From an uncultured Gammaproteobacteria bacterium (GTDB taxonomy: Bacteria > Patescibacteriota > Microgenomatia > CAZETR01 > Amesbacteraceae): DNA of 64,000 nt. Position 1 is the stretch's first letter. Every line of letters begins with the position of its first letter. The stretch spans positions 58,340 through 122,339 of the forward strand of contig CAZIVL010000002.1 in NCBI GenBank assembly GCA_964543035.1, in the 5' to 3' direction. The translations under genes and the position numbers were made by a program. This document shows positions 36,250-46,466 of this stretch, in pieces. A model generated the notes under the pieces. That model saw only the letters and a program-made list of their open reading frames with translations, did no database searches and had not been told where the DNA came from.

Positions 36250-36897
36250 ATGATCGTAATAAACTTTAAAACATATAAAGAGGCGACGGGGTACAGAGCC
36301 ATAGAGCTTTCTCGAATATGTAAAAAAATCCAAGATGAGACGGGTGTGCGAATTGTGGTGGTGCCGCAGCTGGCAGACCTCAGAAACTGTGTAGAAACTG
36401 GTGTGGACTGCTGGGTGCAGCACATTGACGCCGTAGAGCAAGGCAAGAATACGGGATATGTCACGCGTGAATCAGTGGAAGAAGCCGGAGCTCGGGGAAC
36501 GCTCTTGAATCATTCTGAGCATAAATTGCAAGAAGAAGAATTACAGAAAATTTTGAAGGAGACTGAACAACTAGCGTTTGAAACATGTGTGTGTGCGGCC
36601 GATGTGGCAGAGGCTCAAAAATGGAATGGGTTGAGACCGAACTATATTTTGTATGAACCACCGGAGTTAGTCGGAAGCACTGACAAGTCAGTAAGTACAG
36701 AAAAACCAGAAGTAATCGAGGCTGTGGTAAAAGCAGTCACACAACCTGTCCTGGTGGGAGCAGGAGTAAAAAATGCAGAAGATGTGAAAACGGCAGTGAA
36801 GCTGGGGGCGAGGGGAGTAGGACTGGCATCTGGCTTCGTGCTGAGTCAAAATCCTGAAGATGCATTGCGTGAACTGGCTTTGGGATTTAAGATATAG
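36250..36897 (+). CDS. tpiA: triosephosphate isomerase, short archaeal-type
   Basis: 215 aa; MIVINFKTYKEATG N-terminus and LLNHSEHKL (catalytic His region) resemble archaeal TIMs; the length fits the archaeal-type enzyme. Confidence 0.7.
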   Translation: MIVINFKTYKEATGYRAIELSRICKKIQDETGVRIVVVPQLADLRNCVETGVDCWVQHIDAVEQGKNTGYVTRESVEEAGARGTLLNHSEHKLQEEELQKILKETEQLAFETCVCAADVAEAQKWNGLRPNYILYEPPELVGSTDKSVSTEKPEVIEAVVKAVTQPVLVGAGVKNAEDVKTAVKLGARGVGLASGFVLSQNPEDALRELALGFKI

Positions 36898-36900
36898 CCG

Positions 36901-37599
36901 ATGGATAAGAGAGTCGTATTTGTAACGGGAGCGTCTAAAGGAATCGGAGCTGCAACTGTAAAAAAGTTTGAAAAAGAGGGTTGGGCTGTAGTCGGGTTTT
37001 ATAACAAAAATAAGGTCGAAGACAGCGATAATGTGAAATTTGTGCAAATGGACATAGAGGATCCTCAGAGTATCAAAACATCATTTGAAAAAGCCTTTGC
37101 AATATATGGAAAAGTAAATGCATTGGTGAATAATGTAGGAGCATTTGGGGCTTCCGGGCTCTCAAACTATACCTCGGAAAAAATGGACTTTGTGTATCAC
37201 GTCAATGAGAGGGGAACATATCTGTGCACGCAAAATATATTGAAATGGTTAAGTGAGGGATCAATCGTAAATGTGAGTTCAACTGCTGGGCAAGTAGGGT
37301 CTACAGACCCAGTGTATGCAGGGGCAAAAGCTGCGGTGGCGGCATTTACTAAGAGTATGGCGAAAGCCCTGGCTCCTAAAATAAGAGTCAATTGTGTGGC
37401 CCCAGGTGTGGTAGATACGGAAATGCTAAGAAGCTACTATAATGAAGATAAGATGGAGAAAAGGAAACAAGAAATTCTTCTAAAAGAAATTGCTAAACCT
37501 GAGCAAATAGCAGATGGGATATACTTCCTGGCAAGTGACAATGCGAGCCATATTACTGGGGCTTGCTTGGACATCAATGGAGGATATGTACTGAGATGA
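36901..37599 (+). CDS. SDR family oxidoreductase
   Basis: VVFVTGASKGIGAAT (TGxxxGxG), NNVG, and the YAGAKAAV catalytic YxxxK. Confidence 0.85.
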   Translation: MDKRVVFVTGASKGIGAATVKKFEKEGWAVVGFYNKNKVEDSDNVKFVQMDIEDPQSIKTSFEKAFAIYGKVNALVNNVGAFGASGLSNYTSEKMDFVYHVNERGTYLCTQNILKWLSEGSIVNVSSTAGQVGSTDPVYAGAKAAVAAFTKSMAKALAPKIRVNCVAPGVVDTEMLRSYYNEDKMEKRKQEILLKEIAKPEQIADGIYFLASDNASHITGACLDINGGYVLR

Positions 37600-38057
37600 T
37601 CTATATAGGAGCTGACCACAGGGGTTTTGAGCTGAAGGGCAAGATCAACAAATGGCTGTCGGGCCGAGAATACGAGTTTGAGGATATGGGGGCTTATGCC
37701 TATGAACATGGGGATGATTATGTGGATTTTGCTGTAGCTGTGGCTCAGGGAGTGGCCAAAAATCCAAACAAAAATAGAGGGATAGTAATCTGTGGGTCGG
37801 GAGTGGGTGTGGATATCACAGCCAACAAAGTGCGAGGAGTGAGATGTGGATTGGGATTTGAACTAGATCAAGTGTATGAAGCTCGCAAAGATGACGATAT
37901 AAACGTGCTGGCGGTGGCTTCTGACAATCTGACTGAAGAAGAAGTGTTTTCTTTTGTGGAAAAGTTTTTGGAAACTGAATTTGTGACGACGGATAGGTAT
38001 TTAAGAAGACTTGAGAAGATCAAGCGCTATGAAAATGAAGTGGCCTGTGGTTTCTAG
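37596..38057 (+). CDS. rpiB: ribose-5-phosphate isomerase B (RpiB/LacAB family)
   Basis: MIYIGADHRGFELKGKI and IVICGSGVGVDITANK; ATGA overlap with the SDR gene. Confidence 0.8.
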   Translation: MIYIGADHRGFELKGKINKWLSGREYEFEDMGAYAYEHGDDYVDFAVAVAQGVAKNPNKNRGIVICGSGVGVDITANKVRGVRCGLGFELDQVYEARKDDDINVLAVASDNLTEEEVFSFVEKFLETEFVTTDRYLRRLEKIKRYENEVACGF

Positions 38058-38904
38058 TCAGGATGTATCGGACAAAGCGGTCTTGGTGCGAGGGGATCTG
38101 GATGTGGATGACATGGATAATCCGAGATTTAACTCGGTGCGTGAAATAGTTAAATGGTTAAATGGTCAGACGGTCAAGAGAGTAAAAGTAATTGGGCATG
38201 GAGGAAATATTGGGATGGTGTCAGAGCTGAATGTGGATCTGAACTGGGATCTGCGAGCGGATGAACGGGAGAAAAAAAATGATGTGGAGTTTGCCCGGGA
38301 GCTGGCGCTGGGATTTGATGTCTATATCAATGAATCGTTTGCCGTGAGTCACCGCAAACACACTTCAATAGACGCATTGCCTAGGCTTATGAAATCTGAG
38401 GGGAAGCCCGTGGCCATAGGCCTGCGGTTTGCAAAAGAGCTGGAGATGCTAGGACGGGTAATGGAAAGCTCTGAGCCGAAACTACTGGTCGTCGGGGGAA
38501 CTAAAGTGGAAGATAAAAACAGATATGCTCTCGATCTTGAGAAAAAGGGATGGACAGTGCTTCGTGGCGGCAAGTTGGAAGGAGCAAAGTTGCGAGAAGA
38601 TGGGCTAGATATATCTTCTGAATCAGTCGCCCTTTACAAAGACAAAATCGCATCGGCCAAATACATTGTGGCCGCGGGGGTAATGGGAAAGTATGAAGAC
38701 AGTGCGTCGGAAACGGGCACGAAAGAGATACTGGAGGCGATTGCAGGTAATACGGAGGCTTATAAAATCGCGGGAGGGGGAGATATTGAATCTGCGATAT
38801 CTAAATACGGATTGAGTGAAAAATTTGATTGGATATCGGTGGGTGGGGGAGCGATGCTGGAATATATCACGACTGGGACCTTGGTGGGACTAGAGGCGAT
38901 ATAA
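38011..38904 (+). CDS. short, divergent phosphoglycerate kinase-like protein
   Basis: VLVRGDLDV (PGK N-term VLxRVDxNVP-like), [12 protein letters not shown] (AHRAHAS-like), GGGAMLEYI (GGGASLE-like), but only about 290 aa versus about 400 for canonical PGK; the real start is probably MKMKWP near 38029. Confidence 0.5.
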   Translation: MRRSSAMKMKWPVVSSQDVSDKAVLVRGDLDVDDMDNPRFNSVREIVKWLNGQTVKRVKVIGHGGNIGMVSELNVDLNWDLRADEREKKNDVEFARELALGFDVYINESFAVSHRKHTSIDALPRLMKSEGKPVAIGLRFAKELEMLGRVMESSEPKLLVVGGTKVEDKNRYALDLEKKGWTVLRGGKLEGAKLREDGLDISSESVALYKDKIASAKYIVAAGVMGKYEDSASETGTKEILEAIAGNTEAYKIAGGGDIESAISKYGLSEKFDWISVGGGAMLEYITTGTLVGLEAI

Positions 38905-40182
38905 GAAAGAGCCGTTGCAGTATAGCCATTCGGTGGAGAGATTGCCTTTTGTACAGGTGTCTTGAGGAGTGCGTGCTCCTTTGCCAAGAGTGGTGGGACT
39001 TTCGGTTTCGTAATCAACATAATTTAGGGAAATTTTGTCTACCATTAGGTTTCGGTCACCGAGACCTATGATGTTCAGGTCGTTTGTATAAAGAATCTCA
39101 ATTTTGTCTGTTGGCAGAATTGATTTGGGATAAGTGAAAGAGAAGTGTTGGAAGGTGCGAGTGGTGGGGTCACCACGAACATCAGTCCATTTGACCTGAG
39201 GAACACCGTTGATGCGAAGAATCATGTGAGGATACACGCCACTACTGGGAGTGCCGGCGGCAAATATATCAATAAGGGTTGACTGAGGAAATGGGGTGGG
39301 AAGGGGTGCGTCTGTGGGGGAGGGAATAGGACTGGGTACTACTGTGGGTTCGGGTGTGGCAGTGGGCTCTGGAGTGGGCTCCGGAGTAGGTTCTGGAGTG
39401 GGCTCCGGAGTAGGCTCGGGAGAGGGGGTGGGCGTATTGGTTGGCAGAGAGGTGACTACTACGTATCTGGAGTATGTATTTAGGTGATTAAATCCAGTTG
39501 ATGCTGATATGGGATTGATGTAGACATAGTAGAAACCTGCTTGGGCTGAGTAACTTGAGATATAAGTCATGATGGTAGACACGGTTTGGCCTGGAGCTAC
39601 TGTGAGTGATGATGGATTTGCGTAACTAGACCATCCGGCTGGCAAATTTGCGGTGGTAAATGAACTGATGAAAGCAGGAGGGCAAAAAACTGAATCGTTA
39701 TTGGTCACTGTGTAGGTGTATCTCAGAGGTGTGCCGGCAAGACCTGATTGAGTACTAGGAGTGAAAGAAAAAGTAGGAGTTGTGCGAGTACATTCGCCAA
39801 TAGAAACGGGAATGGATTTGATTTGGGTGCCGGATGAATGTGTGGCTCTGACCCAGAGGTCACCGTAGCCTGCAGCTTGGGGTATTAAAGTGGCTAAATT
39901 GGCATTTGGAATAAGATTTCCAACTCCTGATGAGCTGAAGCCCCATTCGTAAATCACATCGGTCCAAATGGGTTGGTTATTGGTGTCATAGGCCAGTGCA
40001 GATAGTCTGATTGGTGATCCGGATGGAGTGGTTACTATTTGGCCCGGATTGATGGCGACAAATGCAATTTGGGAAAATTCATCGGCGCTGGACTGAAGTC
40101 TCAGAGGATTGTTGAGAAGATAATTTGCGGCAACAAGAGAAATGAGAAGAAAGACGAGAGCGGCAAGTTTTTTTGTGGACAC
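38890..40182 (-). CDS. large secreted protein with (PEPT)n repeat linker
   Basis: 430 aa; signal [19 protein letters not shown]; [28 protein letters not shown] linker; Cys-containing C-terminal domain. Confidence 0.45.
   Translation of the reverse strand: MSTKKLAALVFLLISLVAANYLLNNPLRLQSSADEFSQIAFVAINPGQIVTTPSGSPIRLSALAYDTNNQPIWTDVIYEWGFSSSGVGNLIPNANLATLIPQAAGYGDLWVRATHSSGTQIKSIPVSIGECTRTTPTFSFTPSTQSGLAGTPLRYTYTVTNNDSVFCPPAFISSFTTANLPAGWSSYANPSSLTVAPGQTVSTIMTYISSYSAQAGFYYVYINPISASTGFNHLNTYSRYVVVTSLPTNTPTPSPEPTPEPTPEPTPEPTPEPTATPEPTVVPSPIPSPTDAPLPTPFPQSTLIDIFAAGTPSSGVYPHMILRINGVPQVKWTDVRGDPTTRTFQHFSFTYPKSILPTDKIEILYTNDLNIIGLGDRNLMVDKISLNYVDYETESPTTLGKGARTPQDTCTKGNLSTEWLYCNGSFLYRL
39340..39430 (-). 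repeat. in-frame tandem 12-nt repeats encoding (PEPT)n
   Basis: GGCTCCGGAGTAGG / GGCTCTGGAGTGGG units visible on the plus strand within the 38890..40182 ORF. Confidence 0.6.
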
Positions 40183-40191
40183 GAATATATG

Positions 40192-41349
40192 CTACTGGTT
40201 ATTTAATTTGGTTGCAAGAGTGGCTTGCTCTTGGGACAATTTGATGTCCTCCGATAAATACGCTGATTCAGTGTCGGTGAGCCACTCGGCAGAATTTATT
40301 TTTTTGATAATGGGGGTGAGATTTTTTATACGCAAATTTATGATCTCGTTGATGCGACGGGCGTCAGGAGTGCCAGTGAGGGTCGCCCAGCCGGGGGCAA
40401 TTTCTCTAAGAAGAGTCAGGGTCTGAGTCCAGCCGGAAATAAACTGGGATGAGTAATTGGGCGGTACATAGCCTGAAAAGGTCACTAAGATTTTCTGATT
40501 TGGACAAGAATTGATATTGCTGGGAACTTGAGAAACGTGAACAAACTGGTAATCTTTTTCGAGCACTAATTTTTTGAAGCTGGGGGAGGATATCTGGTAA
40601 TCAAAGAGCTCAGAGGCTGTGTAATACCCGTTGTGCTGAATGTAGCCTGTGAGGGGTTGCCAATTGTTTGTAGATGTATATGCTAGCTTGGGAAGATTGT
40701 TTTGAGTGCGGTATTCGTTTATTAAATTTGTGTATTCGGTGGAATCGATTTTGGGTTTGTGGCCGGAATCTGTATCATCTTTGGGATCGTGCCAACCAGT
40801 GTCGAGATTTTTCAGCTGCAGATAATAGGGAATAGTGGCGCTGATACTGGCCTCCTCAATAAATCCAATTTCCCTTGAGTCGAGACTGTTTTTGCGATTG
40901 TCACCTAGGACAAAAAACTGACCCTCTGGCACTGTAACCTCTTTGCAATCTGGAAGAAATGCGTGGCCATAGGTGGAGTAGGGACTCTTAATAAACCCCT
41001 CTTTTTGGGGAACCGAGTTGAGATATACCAAGCCATCTCTGAGCTCTATCTTGTCTCCTGGTACACCTATGATTCTTTTTATTAGTCCGGAGGTAGTAGC
41101 CGTGGAATCAAAAGTAATGATGTCTCCGCGAACAAGGGGAATTCTCTTTTGGGGATATGCGTAACCTAGAGTCTGTCCGGGAATGCCTTCGGGCAGAGTA
41201 GGATGCATGGAGCCGGATCCGGTCCAGCGCACGGGAATAAGATAGGGATCGGGAAGAAACTCCGGGGCTAAAGGACGTGACAGAGGAATAAGTAGCGAAA
41301 GAAGGATGATGGTGGGTAGGAAACAAAAGAAGAGGAGTACTTTTCGCAT
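40192..41349 (-). CDS. lepB: signal peptidase I (LepB, S26A) with about 200-aa C-terminal extension
   Basis: GSGSMHPTL (SM Ser motif), GDIITF, GDKIELRDG, VLGDNRKNSLDSR (Lys box); followed by an extra domain of unknown function. Confidence 0.8.
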   Translation of the reverse strand: MRKVLLFFCFLPTIILLSLLIPLSRPLAPEFLPDPYLIPVRWTGSGSMHPTLPEGIPGQTLGYAYPQKRIPLVRGDIITFDSTATTSGLIKRIIGVPGDKIELRDGLVYLNSVPQKEGFIKSPYSTYGHAFLPDCKEVTVPEGQFFVLGDNRKNSLDSREIGFIEEASISATIPYYLQLKNLDTGWHDPKDDTDSGHKPKIDSTEYTNLINEYRTQNNLPKLAYTSTNNWQPLTGYIQHNGYYTASELFDYQISSPSFKKLVLEKDYQFVHVSQVPSNINSCPNQKILVTFSGYVPPNYSSQFISGWTQTLTLLREIAPGWATLTGTPDARRINEIINLRIKNLTPIIKKINSAEWLTDTESAYLSEDIKLSQEQATLATKLNNQ

Positions 41350-41365
41350 GGTATATTTAGTATAT

Positions 41366-42427
41366 ATGGTGAAAGTTGCTGTGAACGGTTTTGGAAGAAT
41401 TGGGAGACTCGCTTTTAGGCTGTGGCTTCTTAAGCATCATAACCAGATGGACATTGTGGCGGTGAACACCAGCGGATCGATGAATGTGGCCGGCTGGGCG
41501 CATCTGGTTAATCAAGACACTGCTTATCGAAAACTGGAAATACCGGTGACTTATGAGGAAAAGATTGAGGGGGATTTGATCGGATATCTGACTGTACCAA
41601 GCATGAGTATCAAAGTGCCGGTACTGGCTCAAAGAGATCCGGAGAAACTGCCTTGGGGACAGTACGGTGTGGATGTGGTGATGGAATGTACGGGGAAATT
41701 TACAGATGAAGAAGGAGCTCTCAAGCACGCAAAAGCGGGAGCAAAAAAAGTGATAATCTCGGCGCCTTCTAAGGGTGGAAACGTGGGGACGTATGTCATG
41801 GGAGTTTCAGATGTGCAAAGTGGCAAAGGTGCAGAGGTGATATCAAATGCGAGCTGCACGACAAACTGTGTCACTCCAATTGCGGCCGTAATACACGCTA
41901 AATTTGGGATTGCCAAAGCGGCTATGACGACCGTCCATGCATATACTGATGACCAAGCTTTGCAAGACGGATCGCATCGGGATCTGAGACGAGCGCGGGC
42001 GGCGGGAATGAATATAGTGCCCACGAGTACGGGAGCGGCTATTGCCACCACTGAGGTGATACCAGAACTTAAAGGACTGTTTGATGGAATTTCTCTTCGA
42101 GTACCGGTGATTACGGGATCGATTACGGATTTTACTTTTGTTCTGGCTAAAAAAACGACGCGAGAGGAAATAAACCAGGCTCTAAGTGAGGCGGCTGATC
42201 TGCCACAATATCAGGGTATATTGGGAGTAAGTGGAAAAAATGGGGTGCCAGAACATCTGGTGTCGTCGGATATAGTGGGATCATCTTATTCAGCGATAGT
42301 CGATCCAGAGTTTACACAGGTGATAGATGGAGATCTGGTCAAGCTACTCGCATGGTATGACAATGAGTGGGGATATACGAATAGATTGGTTGAACAGACG
42401 ATAAAATTTGGTGAATTGGTTAATTAG
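41366..42427 (+). CDS. gap: glyceraldehyde-3-phosphate dehydrogenase (type I)
   Basis: MVKVAVNGFGRIGR, active site ASCTTNCVTP, WYDNEWGY. Confidence 0.9.
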   Translation: MVKVAVNGFGRIGRLAFRLWLLKHHNQMDIVAVNTSGSMNVAGWAHLVNQDTAYRKLEIPVTYEEKIEGDLIGYLTVPSMSIKVPVLAQRDPEKLPWGQYGVDVVMECTGKFTDEEGALKHAKAGAKKVIISAPSKGGNVGTYVMGVSDVQSGKGAEVISNASCTTNCVTPIAAVIHAKFGIAKAAMTTVHAYTDDQALQDGSHRDLRRARAAGMNIVPTSTGAAIATTEVIPELKGLFDGISLRVPVITGSITDFTFVLAKKTTREEINQALSEAADLPQYQGILGVSGKNGVPEHLVSSDIVGSSYSAIVDPEFTQVIDGDLVKLLAWYDNEWGYTNRLVEQTIKFGELVN

Positions 42428-42442
42428 TGATTAGTTAGATAA

Positions 42443-42802
42443 ATGGCTGGTACTTTTAAGGACTTGCTGATTTGGCAGAAAGGACTGGAATTACTGCTGA
42501 TTGTTTACAAGATCACCGCTTCGTATCCAAAAGATGAAAGATATGGATTGGTCGATCAGACGAGGAGATCTTCGAATTCCATAATCGCATTAGTTGCTGA
42601 GTCTCACGGTAGATACCATTATGCCGATAAATGTAGAGTACTTTATCAGGCGCGAGGTGAATGCGAAGAAACACAAAGTCATTTGTTAGTTGCTGAACGA
42701 TTGGGATATGTGGATAAAAAAGTAATATCTGATTTGGAACAAGAGTATGAGATACTTGGAAAAAGGATTAATTCATACATTAATTCGATTAAAACCGATT
42801 AA
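42443..42802 (+). CDS. four-helix-bundle protein (TIGR02436 family)
   Basis: 119 aa; YGLVDQTRRSSNSIIALVAESHGRYHYADKCRVLYQARGECEE, same family pattern as the 35368 gene. Confidence 0.7.
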   Translation: MAGTFKDLLIWQKGLELLLIVYKITASYPKDERYGLVDQTRRSSNSIIALVAESHGRYHYADKCRVLYQARGECEETQSHLLVAERLGYVDKKVISDLEQEYEILGKRINSYINSIKTD

Positions 42803-42830
42803 CTTATCACAAATTAACTAATTAACTGAG

Positions 42831-43415
42831 ATGATTATTGTACCGGCGATATTGACGAATGATACTTATGAGCTGGATAGCTTGCTGAGGCAAGTAAGAG
42901 ATAGTAAAAAGTTTGAGCGGGTGCAGATCGATTTTATTGATGGCGAGTTTGCAAATAACAAAACCATTAAACCCTCTGAGTGTGATCTGATCCCATACCT
43001 GCCCCTCAAGTTTGATGCGCATCTGATGGTATCGGAAAACAATATAGTAGAGTGGTCAAAACTGGCCGAGAAGATGGGATTTGATCGCATAATTTCTCAA
43101 ATGGAGAGTATTTCTAATCCTGAGGAATTTGAGAATCTAGCAATAGATGACAATACGCCAGTGGAGGCGGTCGAATCATATCTGGCAAAACTGAAATGTC
43201 TGGTCGTGATGACTGTCAATCCGGGATTTGGAAACCAGGAGTTTGAAACCAGGTTATATGACAAAATAAGACAAATAGGACAAATAAGGCAAATAGGTGG
43301 CTATAAATTTAAAATATGTGTGGATGGGGGAGTAGAAAAAGAACATTTAAAGATACTCCAAGAATTGGGCGTGGATGAAGTAGCTGTGGGGGCGAAGCGA
43401 GTGCTTGGATGGTAA
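42831..43415 (+). CDS. ribulose-phosphate 3-epimerase-like protein
   Basis: MIIVPAILTND, DAHLMV, MTVNPGFGNQEF, CVDGG; contains an unusual inserted RQIGQIRQIG repeat. Confidence 0.7.
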   Translation: MIIVPAILTNDTYELDSLLRQVRDSKKFERVQIDFIDGEFANNKTIKPSECDLIPYLPLKFDAHLMVSENNIVEWSKLAEKMGFDRIISQMESISNPEEFENLAIDDNTPVEAVESYLAKLKCLVVMTVNPGFGNQEFETRLYDKIRQIGQIRQIGGYKFKICVDGGVEKEHLKILQELGVDEVAVGAKRVLGW

Positions 43416-43424
43416 TATTGTTGT

Positions 43425-44048
43425 ATGGCAGATGACATGAGTAATAAGCTGATAAAGACGGTATCGTGCTTGGGATTTGCGGATGCGGCTCCAGACGACC
43501 CGCTATATAAAGAAGCCTATGATGTATCGGCAGCCCTGGCTTCCGCTGGATTTGTAACTGCAAACGGGGGTGGTCCGGGAGTGATGCGAGCTTGTACTGA
43601 GGGAGCCAAATCCAAAGGAGGACATGTGATCGGAGTGACTTTTTATCCTGAAGACGTGGCCAATTTTGAGGGTCGGGATAAAAATAATTTGTTTGATGAA
43701 GAGATCAAGACGGAAAATTATCTGGAAAGAACACTAAAGCTTTTGGAAGTGGGACAAGCGTATGTAATATTTAAGGGAGGGACTGGGACTATCTCTGAAT
43801 TTGGCATGGCATGGGGACTGGCTCGTCTGTACTACGGACACCACAAACCACTAGTTCTGTATGGCAAGTTTTGGGAAAATATTATGGCTTCATTTATGGC
43901 AAACATGAGAATGAGACCAGAAGAGTTTCAGGTATACCGGGTGGCTACCACGCCTGAGGAAGTAGTGAAATCACTCCAAGTGTTTGAGTACATGCTGTCT
44001 CATGATGGAAAGACATTTAATCCGGCAGAGAGTGCATTCCAATTATAA
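43425..44048 (+). CDS. LOG family protein (TIGR00730 Rossmann-fold, cytokinin-riboside-phosphate hydrolase-like)
   Basis: TANGGGPGVMRA and FKGGTGTISEFGMAW are LOG-family signatures. Confidence 0.7.
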   Translation: MADDMSNKLIKTVSCLGFADAAPDDPLYKEAYDVSAALASAGFVTANGGGPGVMRACTEGAKSKGGHVIGVTFYPEDVANFEGRDKNNLFDEEIKTENYLERTLKLLEVGQAYVIFKGGTGTISEFGMAWGLARLYYGHHKPLVLYGKFWENIMASFMANMRMRPEEFQVYRVATTPEEVVKSLQVFEYMLSHDGKTFNPAESAFQL

Positions 44049-44086
44049 ATACTAAAAACTAAATTCTAAGGACCAAATAAAAACTA

Positions 44087-44317
44087 ATGATTAAACATTT
44101 GTTGATATTATTATTGATTTTATTTGGTGGGTTTGTGGGGTGGATGAATGTGACACCGGGACATTTTCAAAAGAAGGGATGTTGTATTTGTACCGTAGAT
44201 TATTACGTCGATGTTCCAGCCAATTACTGCATTGCTTTGGATTGTGCACCTACTTGTGGATGGTCTTTGCGTGACAGGTTTTTGTTATTTGTAAATAAAT
44301 TTGATTACAATAAATAA
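44087..44317 (+). CDS. small Cys-rich hypothetical protein
   Basis: 76 aa, N-terminal TM, 6 Cys; weak. Confidence 0.2.
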   Translation: MIKHLLILLLILFGGFVGWMNVTPGHFQKKGCCICTVDYYVDVPANYCIALDCAPTCGWSLRDRFLLFVNKFDYNK

Positions 44318-44327
44318 TATGGCGATG

Positions 44328-45179
44328 ACTGACGATCAAATAAAAAAACTGGAACTCAAGGCGGATGAAATCCGTCAGGATATTATCAAAATGCTTGTGG
44401 CCGCTGGATCGGGACACTCGGCTGGGCCTCTGGGAATGGCGGATATATTTACTGCCCTATATTTTTCGGGAGTACTTAACTTGGATCCTAGTAATCCTTG
44501 GAAAGAAGACCGAGACCGGGTGATACTGTCCAACGGACATATTTGTCCTGTCTGGTACTCGACACTTGCTCATGCTGGGTATTTTCCCAAAGAGGAATTG
44601 ATGACGCTTCGTAAATTGAACTCTAGACTACAGGGACACCCGCATTTTCGGGAACTACCGGGAGTCGAAAACACTGGGGGACCCTTGGGGCAGGGGTTGT
44701 CTCAGGCAGTCGGACATGCGCTGTCCGCTCGAATAGATGATAAAAAATGGCGGACAATTGCCCTCATGTCTGATGGGGAGCTACAAGAAGGACAGAACTG
44801 GGAAGCCATCATGTTTGCCGGAAAAAACAGCTTGAGAAACCTGACGGCAATCGTGGATCGCAACAATATCCAAATAGACGGATATACAGAAGAGATCATG
44901 CCACTGGAGCCCCTTTCAGATAAATTTATAGCTTTTAATTGGTCGGTTATCGAAATCGATGGACACAACTTTACTGAAATCGTAGATGCGCTGAATAAAT
45001 CTAAAGCTATATATGAAAACCCCACGGTGATAATTGCGCATACAATACCTGGTAAGGGTGTGGACTTTATGGAAGGGGAATATGAGTGGCACGGGAAGCC
45101 ACCGAAAAAAGATGAAGCCGAAAAAGCGTTAGCCCAACTGCGCACGCTGCAGGGTAAAATCATGTCTGAACATGAGTAA
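44328..45179 (+). CDS. transketolase, N-terminal (thiamine diphosphate-binding) subunit
   Basis: GSGHSAGPLGMADIF and GHPHF...TGGPLGQGL; a split TKT N-half. Confidence 0.9.
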   Translation, partial: TDDQIKKLELKADEIRQDIIKMLVAAGSGHSAGPLGMADIFTALYFSGVLNLDPSNPWKEDRDRVILSNGHICPVWYSTLAHAGYFPKEELMTLRKLNSRLQGHPHFRELPGVENTGGPLGQGLSQAVGHALSARIDDKKWRTIALMSDGELQEGQNWEAIMFAGKNSLRNLTAIVDRNNIQIDGYTEEIMPLEPLSDKFIAFNWSVIEIDGHNFTEIVDALNKSKAIYENPTVIIAHTIPGKGVDFMEGEYEWHGKPPKKDEAEKALAQLRTLQGKIMSEHE

Positions 45180-46161
45180 CACTAATCCGAAACTAAATGA
45201 TCCAGATGTGGAGCAGGTGCCCACCAGAAATGGATATGGGGAGGCGCTCATGGAGCTGGGAGAAAAAGATCCCAGAGTAGTGGTCCTGACTGGGGATCTA
45301 GCTGAATCCACCCGAGTGCTCGAATTCTGGAAAAAATATCCAGCCCGATTTGTGGAATGTGGAGTGGCGGAGCAAAATATGACTGGGATAGCCGCTGGAC
45401 TGGCGGCCGCCGGAAAAATGCCATTTATATCCTCATACGCTGTGTTTTCCCCCGGTCGGGCTTGGGATCAAGTAAGAGTATCGATCGCTTACTCTAACCT
45501 CCCGGTCAAAATAGCGGGAGCTCACACGGGAGTATCGGTAGGACCAGATGGAGCGACACATCAGGCACTGGAAGATATCGCCATCATGCGAGTGCTGCCA
45601 AATATGACAGTGGTTGTGCCTTGTGACAGTATAGAAACCAAGAAGGCGACGCTTGCTAGTATGGATATCCCTGGGCCGTTTTATTTTCGTTTTGCCCGGG
45701 AGAAGACTCCGGTAATAACAACTCCCGAGACTCCTTTTCAGATCGGGAAAGCGGAAATTTTTGCTGAATATGGACACGACTGTGCAATTGTGGCTTGTGG
45801 ACCTCTAGTCTATCAATCACTAATAGCCGCCAAAGAACTGGACGATGAAGGAGTAAAAGTGACTGTCGTAAATAACCATACTGTTAAACCTATGGATGTG
45901 GGGACAATCATGAAAGTGGCCAGAGATACGGGAGCGATTGTGACCGTCGAGGAACATCAAACAATGGGAGGAATGGGATCGGCAGTATCGGAAGTGCTAT
46001 CTCAAAACTACCCGGTGCCGGTCGAAATGATCGGGATGCCAAACACTTTTGGGCAATCAGGAGAACCGAATGAACTGCTTTCAAAATATGGGATGTCCGT
46101 TTCTGCTATAAAAGAGAAAGTTAAAAAAGTTATCGAGAGGAAAAATGAAAACAAAAAGTAA
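45172..46161 (+). CDS. transketolase, C-terminal (pyrimidine-binding/C-terminal domain) subunit
   Basis: FVECGVAEQNMTGIAAGLA and GPDGATHQALEDIAIMR; overlaps the N-subunit gene by 8 nt. Confidence 0.9.
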   Translation: MSNTNPKLNDPDVEQVPTRNGYGEALMELGEKDPRVVVLTGDLAESTRVLEFWKKYPARFVECGVAEQNMTGIAAGLAAAGKMPFISSYAVFSPGRAWDQVRVSIAYSNLPVKIAGAHTGVSVGPDGATHQALEDIAIMRVLPNMTVVVPCDSIETKKATLASMDIPGPFYFRFAREKTPVITTPETPFQIGKAEIFAEYGHDCAIVACGPLVYQSLIAAKELDDEGVKVTVVNNHTVKPMDVGTIMKVARDTGAIVTVEEHQTMGGMGSAVSEVLSQNYPVPVEMIGMPNTFGQSGEPNELLSKYGMSVSAIKEKVKKVIERKNENKK

Positions 46162-46465
46162 ACTCTCGGCATCTGTGTGGGATTTCTTTTACGCTGTAGC
46201 TCTGGCTGAAGCCACTGTATATCTGTTTGGAATCATGTATATCCAACCCACTTGGGAGCTGATACTGAATCCGACGTTGAAGTATCTAGCGCTAAATGGA
46301 GTCTATTCCTGGTCATATCTATTTTTGTGGATATTTGGAGAAGAGGCGATACTCAAGTATTCGGCTTGGGAGATGGTGATAAGATTTTTTGTACTTTGCT
46401 ATGCCATGATCCTGGCCTGGTGGTTTGTTATAAAGGCGTACAAAGAAAGACCTAGGAGAAAATAA
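46145..46465 (+). CDS. small membrane protein
   Basis: 106 aa, 3 TM, Trp-rich. Confidence 0.3.
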   Translation: MKTKSKLSASVWDFFYAVALAEATVYLFGIMYIQPTWELILNPTLKYLALNGVYSWSYLFLWIFGEEAILKYSAWEMVIRFFVLCYAMILAWWFVIKAYKERPRRK

Positions 46466-46466
46466 T

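Noticed and set aside
39300-39440. Possible CRISPR-like array from regular short repeats
   Set aside because: The repeats are 12-nt in-frame units encoding (PEPT)n inside a long ORF; no spacers, no cas genes. The same applies to the PT-rich repeats at 12775-12900 and 30480-30560.
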